A stretch of 64,000 nt of DNA from Bradymonadia bacterium (GTDB taxonomy: Bacteria; Myxococcota_A; Bradymonadia; UBA7976; UBA1532): contig JBKAGE010000077.1 in assembly GCA_046290225.1 (NCBI GenBank), forward strand, positions 106,313-170,312. The letters run 5' to 3'. Under the pieces are notes generated by a model, which did not search any database, had not been told where the DNA came from, and saw nothing but the letters and a program-made list of their open reading frames with translations. Every line of letters starts with the position of its first letter. The stretch's first letter is position 1. The position numbers and the translations under genes are program-made. Of this stretch, positions 27,228 through 37,629 are shown piece by piece.

Positions 27228-30200
27228 TCAGTCCAGGCGCTGATAGGCCCGCACGTAGTCGATGAGCATCTGCTGGGGGAACTGCGTGGTGCCGTCGGGG
27301 CTGCCCACGTAGGTGCCGCCCACGGCGACGTTCAAGATCAGGAAGAACGGGTGGTCGTACACCCAGGCCGCGCCGTTGGGGAGATCGTCGACGGTGCGGG
27401 TCATGAACAGCGCGCCGTCCACGTACCAGCTGATGCTGGTGGCGTCCCACTCCACGGCGTACACGTGGAAGCCCTCGGTCAGATCGACCTCGGCGAGGCG
27501 AGCACCGTAGAGCGACTCCCCACCTGAGTAGCCAGGGCCATGAATGGCGGCCGTCGACGTGAAGGGGTTCTGACCACGGAACTCCATGATGTCGATCTCG
27601 CCACAGGCGGGCCAGCCCACGTCGGCGAAGTTGTCACCGAGCATCCAGAAGGCAGGCCACATGCCCTGACCACGGGGCAGCTGAATACGCGCCTCGAAGC
27701 GGCCATACGCCTGGGCGAAGAGCCCCTCGGTCTTGATGCGGGCCGAGGTGTAGGCGTTCCCCTGGTAGGCCTCCTCGCGGGCGGTGATCACCAGGTTGCC
27801 GTTGCCGTCGTGGGCCACGTTGTCAGTGCGGTCGGTGTTGTGCTCCAGCTGTGCGTTGCCCCAACCGTGGCCACCGACGTCATGGGTCCACTTGGTGGCG
27901 TCGACGGGGGCGCCCGCGGCGGCGTCGAACTCGTCGCTCCAGGCCAGACTCCAGCCATCTTCTGCACCGAGCACGGCGCCCAAAGCGCCGTCAGCAGCAG
28001 CGCAGGCCGAGCAACGGCTGTAGATCTCGGTGCGGGTGGTGTCGGCGTCCACCACGAACTGACGGTTGGCGAAGCCGGCACCGTCGGTGACAGGGGCACA
28101 GGCGCCGTCGCCGGCCTGTACGTCGTCGACGAGGTTCTCCTGCGCGGCCCAACCGTCGACCATGTACTTGTACTCGAGGGTGGTGCCGGCATCGAAGGCG
28201 TAGGTGGCGGTCCAGACACCGTCGCCGTCAGCGTCGCTCAGCGGGTAGCCGTCAGCGCACCAGTTACAGAACGGACCGGTGATGTAGACGGTGTTGAAGT
28301 TGTCGGGGCCCTCGCAGTTCATGTCTACCTCGAAGGTGACGTCGTAGGTGCCGTCATTGCCACCATCACCACCATCAGCCCCAGCAGTGGGGGCCACGAC
28401 GACGTTGTCCACGAGCAGCACCCCGCCGGCGTCGAAGAGCGCGCCTGCGGCGAAGTTGAAGTGGATGCTGAAGTTGGTGCCTGCCACATCGACGTTTTGA
28501 TAGTCGTAGCTGAACCGGGTCCAGGTGTTCTCGTTCAAGCCTTGGGCCTGCAAATCGAAGTAATTGGTGACGCCGACCCCCGGCAAGTTCGTCTGGGCGT
28601 GGATCGCCGACGACTGGAGCGGCGCGCCGAGGCGCACGTCGAAGCTCACCGTGATGTTCGACGAGGTGAAGTCCATGTCTGCGGCGTCGTACTGGAAGAT
28701 GTAGGCGCGCCCCACCTCTTCCGTGTTCGACGCAGAGATCTGCATGGCCCCGCCGGGGTTGCCCGAACCGTCGGCCCACAGGATGACGCCATCAATGAGG
28801 GCGTCGGCCACTGGGGACCACTCATTGACCGCAGCGGCGTCGTCGAACTCGAGACGCAGCAGCTCGTCAGCGCCAGGGCCTTGAGCATTGTCACACGCAG
28901 CGCACTGGCCATAGACGTCGTCGGCCATGGTGGCACCATTCACAGTGATCTGACGGTTGGCGAAGGTGGCGCCGTCAGTGATGGGCGCGCAGTCACCGTC
29001 GCCGATGAGGTCTTCCTGACTGACGAAGCCATCCACCATGTACTTGTATTCGAGATCACCGTCAGCGAAGGGGTAGGTCCCGGTCCAGATGCCGTCACCG
29101 TCTGCATCGGCGAGGGGGTAGCCGTCGGCACACCAGTTACAGAACGGACCCGTCACAAACACCGTGTTGAAGTTCTCGCCAGAGCAGTTCATGTCCACGC
29201 TGAACGTCACCGGGGAATCCGCGGGCGGCGCAGGGTTACCCGTGGGGGTGATGACGATGTTGTCGATGAGCATCGCGCCGCCAGAGGCGTCCACGGCGCC
29301 AGCGGCGAAGTTGAAGTGGATGATGAAGTTGCCGTTGCCCGTGGTCACGTTCTCGTAATCGAAGCTGAAGCTCGTCCAGTCGTTCTCGTTGAGCCCCTGG
29401 GCCTGCAAATCGAAGTGGTTCGTGGCCCCCACGCCCGGCACCACAGTCTGTGCATGCACCGCCGACGCGACCAGGGGCGCTGCGAGACGCAGATCGAAGC
29501 TCACCCTCACCGCGTCAGAGCTGAAATCGACGCCCACAGCCTCGTACTGGAAGATGAAGGCCCGGCCTGAGTTGTTGGGGTTGGTCCCCGAGATCCGCAG
29601 CGCGCCTCCGGGGTTGCCGGCACCATCGGCCCACATCAGCTCGCCGTTGTCCACCGCGTCAGCGACAGGCGTCCAGCCATTCACCGAGGCCGCGTCATCG
29701 AAGCGCTGCTCCCAGTCTGCATCTGCGGCAGGGGGGGGCTCGTTCTCGCAGGCAGTGCACTGACCATAGACATCGTCGGCGGTGGTGGCGCCGTTCACCG
29801 TGATCTGGCGGTTGGCGAAGTTAGCCCCATCGGTGATGGGGGCACAGTCGCCGTCGCCGATGAGGTCTTCCTGACTGGCGAAGCCATCCACCATGTACTT
29901 GTACTCAAGGGCGCCGTTCTCGAAGGGGTAGGTCCCCGACCAGATGCCATCGCCATCATCGTCGCTCAGCGGGTAGCCATCGGCGCACCAGTTACAGAAC
30001 GGCCCCGTGACATACACAGTCGTGAAGTCCTCACCCGAGCAGCTCATATCCACGCTGAACGTCACCTCGGGATCCGCCGGCGGAGGCTCGGCACCACCGG
30101 TGGGGGCCACAACGACGTTGTCGATGAGCAGCACCCCGCCAGCATCTGCCACAGCGCCAGCGGCGAAGTTGAAGTGGATGCTGAAGTTGCCGTTGCCCTG

Positions 30201-33200
30201 CGTCACGCCCTGGTAGTCGAAGCTGTAGCTCGTCCACCCGCCCTCGTTCAGGCCATTGGCCTGCAAGTCGAACTCGTTGACGGCACCGGCGCCCGGCAGG
30301 ATCGTCTGCATGTGCACCGCCGAAGCAACCAGAGGTGCAGCGAGACGCAAGTCGAAGCTCACCGTCACGTCGGACGCGCTGAAGTTCACGTCTGCGGCGT
30401 TGTACTGGAAAATGAAGGCCCGGCCGCTCTCGTCGGGGTTCGTCGCCGAAACCTGCAGAGCGCCACCGGGGTTACCCTGACCATCAGCCCAGCCCACGAT
30501 GCCGAAGTTCTCGGCGTCGGCCACCCGGATCCAGGTGTCCACCGAGGTGGCGTCGTCAAACTCCAAGCGGAGCATCTCGCCATCCACGGGCTCCTGAGGA
30601 CCGTCGTCTTCACAGGCAGAGCAGCGACCGTAGGTCTCGTCGAGCACGATGCCGTCGACGATGTTGGCCTGGCGGTTGGCAAAACCAGCACCATCAGTCA
30701 CAGGTGCACAGGCGCCGTCACCGGCCTGCACGTCGTCGACGAGGTTCTCCTGGTTGGCGAAACCATCGACCATGTACTTGTACTCGAGGGGGCCTTCGGG
30801 AAACTCGTAGGTGCCCTCATAGGTGCCGTCACCATCGGGGTCAGTGAGGGGGAAGCCCTCGGCACACCAGTTACAGAACGGCCCCGTCACGAAGACCTCG
30901 TTGAAGGCGTGCTCGGCGCAGCTCATGTCCACCCGGAACGTCGCGTTCACGTTCTGGGGGGGCACGACACCGCCGCCACCCACGAAGGTGATGTCGTCGA
31001 AGTAGTAGGTGCGAGCCTCGCCAACGTCAGGACCAGAGGTGCCGAAGTCGAAGAAGATCGACACCTTGTCGTAGGTGGCGTCGGGGTTGAGGGCCGCGGT
31101 GTCCGGGGCCTGGTTGTCGAAGTCGAAGGTCAAGGTCTCCCAGACCATGGCCTCGGTCACCGTGGCCTCGGTCTCGACAGAGATCTGGTTGTTCCGGGCG
31201 TCCTCGATCTTGAGGCGCACGGGGATGTTGGCCACGGGGGACCACACCCGAACGGTCATGCGCGTGTTCTCGGCGTCGATGGGGATCACGCCGACATCTT
31301 CGTTGGGGCCGCTCACGGCGGTGGTGCCGGCCCAGAGCTCGGCGACCTCGGTCTTCACCACCTGCACCACGGTGTTCGCAGCGTCGGTGGGATCAGGTAC
31401 CAGCTGTGAGTCGTCGGCACCGCCGAAGCCGACGGCGGCGTACACCACCTCCGGATCGTCGAAGGTGACAGTCTCGAAGACACCACGGGGCGGCGGAGGC
31501 TCACAGGCAGAGCACTGGCCGTAGACCTCGTCGAGCGTGACATCACCATTCACCATGATCTGGCGGTTGGCGAAACCTGCGCCATCAGTCACAGGGGCAC
31601 AGGCACCGTCACCGGCCTGCACGTCGTCGATGAGGTTCTCCTGGTTGACGAAACCATCGACCATGTACTTGTACTCGAGGGCGCCGGCGGGGAAGGCGTA
31701 GGTGCCCTCGTAGGTACCGTCACCATCGGGATCAGTGAGGGGGAAGCCCTCGGCGCACCAGTTACAGAACGGCCCCGTCACGAAGACCTCGTTGAAGGCG
31801 TGCTCGGCACAGCCCATATCGACCCGGAAGGTCACGTCACCGCCTTCGGGCGGCGGCGGGGGGCCGTCGTTGCAAGCTTCGCACTGGCCGTACACGTCAT
31901 TGGCAGCGGTGACGCCATCCACAGTGATCTGGCGGTTGGCAAAGTTGGCACCATCAGTGATGGGGGCACAGTCACCGTCGCCGATGAGATCCTCCTGATT
32001 GGCGAAGCCATCCACCATGTACTTGTACTCGAGGTCACCGTTGGCGAAGGGGTAGGTCCCGGTCCAGATGCCGTCGCCGTCTTCGTCGCTCAGCGGGAAC
32101 CCATCGCCGCACCACTCGCAGAACGGCCCGGTGACGAACACAGTGGTGAAGTCGTGCTCAGCGCAGTTCATGTTGACGCTGAACTCCACCGAACCCTCGC
32201 CTGGGGGAGGGGGATCGATGCCGCCGCCACCAGAGGTCACGACGATGTTGTCGATGAAGAGCACCCCACCGGCATCAGCGACAGCGCCAGCGGCGAAGTT
32301 GAAGTGGATGATGAAGTTCCCGTTGCCCAGGGCGACGCCTTCGTAGTCGAAGCTGTAGTTCGTCCACCCGGCATCGTTCAGGCCGTTGTTCTGCAGGTCG
32401 AAGTGGTTGGTGGCCCCCACGCCCGGCAAGATCGTCTGTGCGTGCACAGCGGAAGCGACCAGGGGCGCGCCAAGACGCAGGTCAAAGCTCACGTTGACCT
32501 CGGCAGAGTCGAAGTCGAGCCCCACTGCCTCGTACTGGAAGATGAAGGCCCGACCATTCTCGTCGGGGTTGGTGCCCGAGACCCGCAGCGCACCACCGGG
32601 GTTGCCGGCGCCGTCGGCCCACATCACCTCGCCGTTGTCCACGGCATCAGCGACGAGCATCCAACCATTCGCCGATGCCGCGTCGTCGAAGCGCTGCTCG
32701 AACATCGCGTCGCCAGGGGGCGGCGGAGGCGGCTCGTCGCCACACCCATCACAGCGGCCATAAGTCTCGTCGAGGGTGAGGTTGCCGGCGATGTTCACCT
32801 GGCGGTTGGCGAAGTTCGCGCCGTCGGTGATAGGCGCACAGTCGCCGTTACCAGCCTGCACGTCGTCGAGCAGGTTCTCCTGATTGGCGAAGCCATCCAC
32901 CATGTACTTGTACTCGAGGGCGCCGGTGGGGAACCGGAAGGTGCCCTCATAGGTGCCGTCGCCGTCGGGATCATTCAGCTGGAAGCCATCACCGCACCAG
33001 TTACAGAACGGCCCGGTGATGAAGACCTCATTAAAGGCGTGCTCGGCGCAGCTCATGTCCACCCGGAAGGTCACATCGGCCTCTTCCGGCGGAGGCGGGG
33101 GATCATCGCCACAGTCGCTGCACTGGCCATAAGTCTCGTCGAGGGTGATGTTGCCCACGAGGTTGACCTGACGGTTGGCGAAGTTCGCGCCATCGGTCAC

Positions 33201-35318
33201 CGGTGCACAAGCGCCATTGCCTGCTTGAACGTCATCGAGCAGGTTCTCCTGATTGACGAAGCCGTCGACCATGTACTTGTACTCGAGGGGACCAGAGGGG
33301 AACCGGTAGGTGCCCTCGTAGGTGCCATCACCATCAGGATCGGTGAGGGGGAAGCCTTCGCCACACCACTCACAGAAAGGCCCGGTGACGAAGACCTCGG
33401 TGAACTCGTGCTCCGCACAGTTCATGTCTACGCGGAAGGTCACGTCGACCTCTTCGGGGGGCGGCGGGGGCTCGTCGCCACAGGCCTGACACTGGCCATA
33501 GGTCTCAGTGAGGGTGACGTTCTCCACGAGGTTGACCTGACGGTTGGCGAAGTTCGCGCCATCGGTCACCGGCGCGCAGGCGCCGTTGCCGGCCTGCACG
33601 TCGTCGATGAGGTTCTCCTGGTTGGCGAAGCCATCCACCATGTATTTGTATTCGAGAGGGCCAGAGGGGAACTGATAGGTGCCCTCATAGATGCCATCAT
33701 TGTTGTCATCTACGAGGGGGAAGCCCTCGGCGCACCATTCACAGAAGGGCCCGGTGACGAAGACCTCGGTGAACTCATGCTCGGCACAGTTCATGTCCAC
33801 CTGGAAGGTCACGTCGACGTTCTCCGGGGGATCGACGGGACCACCGGGGGGATCATCGTTCCGCCACTGCACGTCGTCGAGGTAGAAGGTCACCGTCTCG
33901 GCCTCACCGGGGTTCTCCAGGAACCAGGCGAAGCCACCCTTGATCTCCACCACCCCCTCGGGGATGAGCATGTGGCGATCTTCGGGGGTGTCGCTGAGCA
34001 GGTCGTAGCCCGTCTCCACGTTGAAGGTGTCCACCTCGTTGATGCCCGCGGCGAAGTTGGCCCGCTCGGTGCCAGTCTCGCCCCAGACCCGGTAGCGCAC
34101 GTGGGTGGCCCCGGGCTCCACCATCAGGCCCGGCAGGTCACCCCAGTTGTTCTCGGGGTGCTGGAAGAAGAAGCCCACCCAGGGGTTCCCGTTCGGGGTC
34201 CAGGTGATGCGCAGGCAGCCACCCTCAGTGGCATCCATGGCGCAGGGCTCGGCCTCGACCTCGCCGCCGCCCATGAAGCCCGACATGACAAACTGCTCTT
34301 CGATGAAGAAGGGGAAGCCCTGTGCCGGAGGCTCACCTTCACACGCTACGAGCGTGTCGAGGGCGGCGCTGCAGTCACCTGTGGAGGCGAGGGCGTCGTC
34401 GGTGCAGGTCCAGCCGTTCTCTGCCACACAGGTGAGGTAGGCCTCCACCTCGGTGGCGCACTCACCGCCGATGCGATTGCCGCAGGCCTCTTTGCACTGC
34501 AGGTAGCCCGGCACGCCGGCGCAGTTCTCGACCGCCCGGGAAGTGGCACAGGTCACCGTGCATAGATCCACCTCGTCGGCAGGGTCTGCGAGGAACTGCA
34601 GATCGTCGATGTAGAACTCGACGGGGCCATCAGCGGCTTCGGTGAACCATGCCAGACCACCGGCGATGTCGGTGTAGGGCACCCCGGCGATGTCAAGGGT
34701 GTAAGTGGTGGGGGTGTTGGTCAGTTCGATGAACTCGGTGCTCACCGAGTATCCATCAGCAGCGCCGTAGCCTGACTGGAAGGAGACACGCTCGCCGCCG
34801 GCAGCACCCCATGCAGTGAACTGCAACCGAGTGGCGCCCTGAGGCAGCAAGTAGCCTGGATCGTCACCCCAGTTGCCCTGGGGGCTCTGCCAGAAGACAC
34901 CGCCCCAGCCATTCATACCAGGGGTGTACACGAAGTTATGGCACTCACCGACGGCACCATCAGTGCGCATGGGGCAAGTGGTGCCTGCGGTGATCCCACC
35001 GCTCTCACCATCACCCATGAAGCCACTCGGTGAGAAGTGATCGTCCAGGGCCACAGGGAGCATGCCCACAGGGCCTCCGCCGGCACCGCCCACGGCACCG
35101 CCAGCACCGCCTACGGCGCCACCTGCGCCACCAACAGCGCCACCTGCGCCACCTGCGCCACCGCCAGAGCCACCCACCGGTATGCAGCTGTCACCGCTGC
35201 GCACTCGGCCTTCGGGGCAACTCGCATCGCCACCATTGTCGGTGTCGTCGCAGGCCATGACACCTGCGCTCAGGGCAAGGGCGCCCACGATCCTCATCCA
35301 GGTTCGAGGGGTCTCCAC
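27228..35318 (-). CDS. Giant multi-module GH16 endo-beta-1,3-glucanase (laminarinase-like) lipoprotein
   Basis: AGGAG RBS then GTG at 35318; lipobox VMAC; 9 Cys-containing Ig/CBM-like repeats and 4 second-type CBM-like repeats; C-terminal WSDEFD...WPACGEIDIME...VDGA GH16 domain. Confidence 0.9.
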   Translation of the reverse strand: METPRTWMRIVGALALSAGVMACDDTDNGGDASCPEGRVRSGDSCIPVGGSGGGAGGAGGAVGGAGGAVGGAGGAVGGAGGGPVGMLPVALDDHFSPSGFMGDGESGGITAGTTCPMRTDGAVGECHNFVYTPGMNGWGGVFWQSPQGNWGDDPGYLLPQGATRLQFTAWGAAGGERVSFQSGYGAADGYSVSTEFIELTNTPTTYTLDIAGVPYTDIAGGLAWFTEAADGPVEFYIDDLQFLADPADEVDLCTVTCATSRAVENCAGVPGYLQCKEACGNRIGGECATEVEAYLTCVAENGWTCTDDALASTGDCSAALDTLVACEGEPPAQGFPFFIEEQFVMSGFMGGGEVEAEPCAMDATEGGCLRITWTPNGNPWVGFFFQHPENNWGDLPGLMVEPGATHVRYRVWGETGTERANFAAGINEVDTFNVETGYDLLSDTPEDRHMLIPEGVVEIKGGFAWFLENPGEAETVTFYLDDVQWRNDDPPGGPVDPPENVDVTFQVDMNCAEHEFTEVFVTGPFCEWCAEGFPLVDDNNDGIYEGTYQFPSGPLEYKYMVDGFANQENLIDDVQAGNGACAPVTDGANFANRQVNLVENVTLTETYGQCQACGDEPPPPPEEVDVTFRVDMNCAEHEFTEVFVTGPFCEWCGEGFPLTDPDGDGTYEGTYRFPSGPLEYKYMVDGFVNQENLLDDVQAGNGACAPVTDGANFANRQVNLVGNITLDETYGQCSDCGDDPPPPPEEADVTFRVDMSCAEHAFNEVFITGPFCNWCGDGFQLNDPDGDGTYEGTFRFPTGALEYKYMVDGFANQENLLDDVQAGNGDCAPITDGANFANRQVNIAGNLTLDETYGRCDGCGDEPPPPPPGDAMFEQRFDDAASANGWMLVADAVDNGEVMWADGAGNPGGALRVSGTNPDENGRAFIFQYEAVGLDFDSAEVNVSFDLRLGAPLVASAVHAQTILPGVGATNHFDLQNNGLNDAGWTNYSFDYEGVALGNGNFIIHFNFAAGAVADAGGVLFIDNIVVTSGGGGIDPPPPGEGSVEFSVNMNCAEHDFTTVFVTGPFCEWCGDGFPLSDEDGDGIWTGTYPFANGDLEYKYMVDGFANQEDLIGDGDCAPITDGANFANRQITVDGVTAANDVYGQCEACNDGPPPPPEGGDVTFRVDMGCAEHAFNEVFVTGPFCNWCAEGFPLTDPDGDGTYEGTYAFPAGALEYKYMVDGFVNQENLIDDVQAGDGACAPVTDGAGFANRQIMVNGDVTLDEVYGQCSACEPPPPRGVFETVTFDDPEVVYAAVGFGGADDSQLVPDPTDAANTVVQVVKTEVAELWAGTTAVSGPNEDVGVIPIDAENTRMTVRVWSPVANIPVRLKIEDARNNQISVETEATVTEAMVWETLTFDFDNQAPDTAALNPDATYDKVSIFFDFGTSGPDVGEARTYYFDDITFVGGGGVVPPQNVNATFRVDMSCAEHAFNEVFVTGPFCNWCAEGFPLTDPDGDGTYEGTYEFPEGPLEYKYMVDGFANQENLVDDVQAGDGACAPVTDGAGFANRQANIVDGIVLDETYGRCSACEDDGPQEPVDGEMLRLEFDDATSVDTWIRVADAENFGIVGWADGQGNPGGALQVSATNPDESGRAFIFQYNAADVNFSASDVTVSFDLRLAAPLVASAVHMQTILPGAGAVNEFDLQANGLNEGGWTSYSFDYQGVTQGNGNFSIHFNFAAGAVADAGGVLLIDNVVVAPTGGAEPPPADPEVTFSVDMSCSGEDFTTVYVTGPFCNWCADGYPLSDDDGDGIWSGTYPFENGALEYKYMVDGFASQEDLIGDGDCAPITDGANFANRQITVNGATTADDVYGQCTACENEPPPAADADWEQRFDDAASVNGWTPVADAVDNGELMWADGAGNPGGALRISGTNPNNSGRAFIFQYEAVGVDFSSDAVRVSFDLRLAAPLVASAVHAQTVVPGVGATNHFDLQAQGLNENDWTSFSFDYENVTTGNGNFIIHFNFAAGAVDASGGAMLIDNIVITPTGNPAPPADSPVTFSVDMNCSGENFNTVFVTGPFCNWCADGYPLADADGDGIWTGTYPFADGDLEYKYMVDGFVSQEDLIGDGDCAPITDGATFANRQITVNGATMADDVYGQCAACDNAQGPGADELLRLEFDDAAAVNEWSPVADALIDGVILWADGSGNPGGAMQISASNTEEVGRAYIFQYDAADMDFTSSNITVSFDVRLGAPLQSSAIHAQTNLPGVGVTNYFDLQAQGLNENTWTRFSYDYQNVDVAGTNFSIHFNFAAGALFDAGGVLLVDNVVVAPTAGADGGDGGNDGTYDVTFEVDMNCEGPDNFNTVYITGPFCNWCADGYPLSDADGDGVWTATYAFDAGTTLEYKYMVDGWAAQENLVDDVQAGDGACAPVTDGAGFANRQFVVDADTTRTEIYSRCSACAAADGALGAVLGAEDGWSLAWSDEFDAAAGAPVDATKWTHDVGGHGWGNAQLEHNTDRTDNVAHDGNGNLVITAREEAYQGNAYTSARIKTEGLFAQAYGRFEARIQLPRGQGMWPAFWMLGDNFADVGWPACGEIDIMEFRGQNPFTSTAAIHGPGYSGGESLYGARLAEVDLTEGFHVYAVEWDATSISWYVDGALFMTRTVDDLPNGAAWVYDHPFFLILNVAVGGTYVGSPDGTTQFPQQMLIDYVRAYQRLD

Positions 35319-35363
35319 AGCATCACTCCTTGAGTGCTCTTCATCACTGATGATCTTGTGCAC

Positions 35364-35384
35364 TTTGTTCGTTAGCAGAACTAA
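35364..35384. promoter_or_regulatory. Putative ROK (XylR-type) operator 1
   Basis: TTTGTT-N9-AACTAA imperfect palindrome in the divergent intergenic region. Confidence 0.65.
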
Positions 35385-35442
35385 GGGGTTTATGTAAACT
35401 CAATGTAAATGGCTTCTTGACATTATAAGCGGAGATTGAAAC

Positions 35443-35463
35443 TTTGTTTTCATCAAGAACAAA
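35443..35463. promoter_or_regulatory. Putative ROK (XylR-type) operator 2
   Basis: TTTGTT-N9-AACAAA palindrome about 20 nt downstream of TTGACA (35417-35422). Confidence 0.7.
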
Positions 35464-35490
35464 CTGGTGTGAACTTCACGGAGGTTTCCG

Positions 35491-36750
35491 GTGAGCGCTG
35501 AGCCGAATCACCACTTTCTGCAGTTGGAACGCGCAGAAGGCGGGCGCCTCGACAACCTGAGCATGAGGGCCCGAAACCAGGGCATGCTCTTGAGGCGTAT
35601 CTGGTGCAGCGGGGCCACCTCTCGGGCTGATCTGGCTCGAGAAACAGGCTTGAGCCGATCTGCTACATCGGGCCTCGTCGAGTCTTTGCTTGAGGCAAAC
35701 CTCGTCGAAGAGACCGGTGCCGGGGTCTCTCGGGGCGGGCGGCGTCCTACGCTGTTGCGTTTCGCCGACGAGGCCTACCGGATCATCGGCATCGATCTCG
35801 GCGCGTCTCACATCAGCGCTGCCATCACCAACCTGCGCGGTCGCGTCGACGCATGGGTCACTCAACCATGCCCGGTGCGCCATCAGCCCAAGATCGCCCT
35901 CGAGATGGTCAGGGGCATGGTGAGCGATCTCATGCAGGAGGCTCAGATCGCCCCTGAGGAGCTCCTCGGGGTGGGCCTCGCTGTAGCCAGCCCGGTGAAC
36001 CCCAAGACGCCTGGTCGCCTGCCGCCGCTCTTCATGCCCGAGTGGCGCCGCATCAACCTGCTCACCGACTTGCAACTGCCTCACAACCCGCCGCTGCTCA
36101 TCGACAACGATGCCAATGTCGGCGCCCTCGCCGAGGCCTGGTGGGGGGCCGGTAAAGATGGCTCGAGCCTGGCGTTCATCAAGCTGGGCACTGGGGTGGG
36201 CGCGGGCTTCGTCATCAACGGCCGCATCTTCCGCGGTCATGGTGGCACCGCAGGCGAGATCGGGCACATGGTCATCGACCCGCATGGCCCCGAATGTGTG
36301 TGCGGCCTCAAGGGCTGCCTGGTGACCTTCCTGGGTACGCCGGCCCTTCTGGCTTCGGCCAGGAAAGCGGCGCAGCAGCCCGACAGCCACCTCGTGGCCC
36401 ACGAGGTCGACTTGAACCACCTGCTCGCGGCGGTGAGAGAGGGTGATCGAGCCGCTCGAGCGGTGATCACTGAAGCCGCTCAACGCCTCGGCCTCGCCGT
36501 GGCGGGCCTGCTCAACCTCATGAACCCCGAGGTGGTGGTCCTCGGTGGGCAGCTCGCGTCTGCCGGCGACGCCCTGCTGCACCCCCTTCGAGAGCGCGTA
36601 CAGCGCCGCAGCTTCTGGACCGCTGTGTCCCACAGCCGAATCGTCGCCAGCGAGCTCGGCGCTCGGGATGTCGCCCTCGGCGCAGCCACCCTGGTGTTGC
36701 AGGAGTCACTGCTCGACCCGGGGCGATTCTTTGACGGATGGAGAGTGTGA
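35491..36750 (+). CDS. ROK family transcriptional repressor
   Basis: N-terminal HTH SRADLARETGLS, GRRP, DNDAN, GEIGHM..C.CG..GC. Confidence 0.92.
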   Translation: MSAEPNHHFLQLERAEGGRLDNLSMRARNQGMLLRRIWCSGATSRADLARETGLSRSATSGLVESLLEANLVEETGAGVSRGGRRPTLLRFADEAYRIIGIDLGASHISAAITNLRGRVDAWVTQPCPVRHQPKIALEMVRGMVSDLMQEAQIAPEELLGVGLAVASPVNPKTPGRLPPLFMPEWRRINLLTDLQLPHNPPLLIDNDANVGALAEAWWGAGKDGSSLAFIKLGTGVGAGFVINGRIFRGHGGTAGEIGHMVIDPHGPECVCGLKGCLVTFLGTPALLASARKAAQQPDSHLVAHEVDLNHLLAAVREGDRAARAVITEAAQRLGLAVAGLLNLMNPEVVVLGGQLASAGDALLHPLRERVQRRSFWTAVSHSRIVASELGARDVALGAATLVLQESLLDPGRFFDGWRV

Positions 36751-37628
36751 TGGTGCACGCAAACCTGATGCCCCGCCTCGGCCTCCGAGCATGTGTCTGT
36801 GCAGGTGCCCTCGCCCTGTCGATGCTCGGCTGTGGCGATGGCGAGACCCCTGCCCCGCAACAGCCAGAGGTCCCCGATGCAGGGCTCGCCCCTCAAACCG
36901 GCTGGCGCCTGACCTGGAGCGACGAGTTCGACGCCCCAGCAGGTAGCCCCATCGATCCAGAGAAGTGGGTGCACGACATCGGCGGCGGCGGTTGGGGCAA
37001 TCAGCAGCTCGAGTTCAACTCCGATCGCACGGAGAACGTGGCCCACGACGGCAACGGCAACCTGGTCTTCACCGCCATCCAAGAAGACTTCATGGGCAAC
37101 AGCCACACCTCGGCTCGTATCAAGACCGAGGGGCTCTTCAGCCAGCGCTACGGCCGCTTCGAGGCCCGGATCCAGCTGCCTCGCGGCCAGGGCCTGTGGC
37201 CCGCCTTCTGGATGCTCGGCGACGACATCAGCACCGTGGGATGGCCCGAGTGCGGTGAGATCGACATCATGGAGTTCCGCGGCCAGAACCCCCTGGAGTC
37301 CACGGGGGCGATCCACGGGCCGGGGCACTCCGCGGGGCAAGCCTATGGCGGCTTGCGCAGGTCAGACTCCGATTTGACCGAGGGCTTCCACGTGTACGCC
37401 GTGGAGTGGAGCGAAGACTCCATCGTCTGGTCTGTGGACGACGACGTGTTCCTTCGAGCCACCCCCGAGAGCCTGCCCAAGGGCTCTCCCTGGTCCTTCG
37501 ACGACACCTTCTTCCTGATTCTGAACGTCGCTGTGGGCGGCACCTATGTGGGCAACCCCGACGACACCACGGTGTTCCCCCAGCGCATGCTGGTGGACTA
37601 CGTGCGGGTCTACGAGGCCGAGCGCTGA
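36750..37628 (+). CDS. GH16 beta-1,3-glucanase lipoprotein
   Basis: Lipobox MLGC, WSDEFD, WPECGEIDIME, VDYVRVY. Confidence 0.92.
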   Translation: MVHANLMPRLGLRACVCAGALALSMLGCGDGETPAPQQPEVPDAGLAPQTGWRLTWSDEFDAPAGSPIDPEKWVHDIGGGGWGNQQLEFNSDRTENVAHDGNGNLVFTAIQEDFMGNSHTSARIKTEGLFSQRYGRFEARIQLPRGQGLWPAFWMLGDDISTVGWPECGEIDIMEFRGQNPLESTGAIHGPGHSAGQAYGGLRRSDSDLTEGFHVYAVEWSEDSIVWSVDDDVFLRATPESLPKGSPWSFDDTFFLILNVAVGGTYVGNPDDTTVFPQRMLVDYVRVYEAER

Positions 37629-37629
37629 C

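Noticed and set aside
27540..34565. Long + strand ORFs (676, 411 and 921 aa)
   Set aside because: Antisense shadows of the giant GH16 gene
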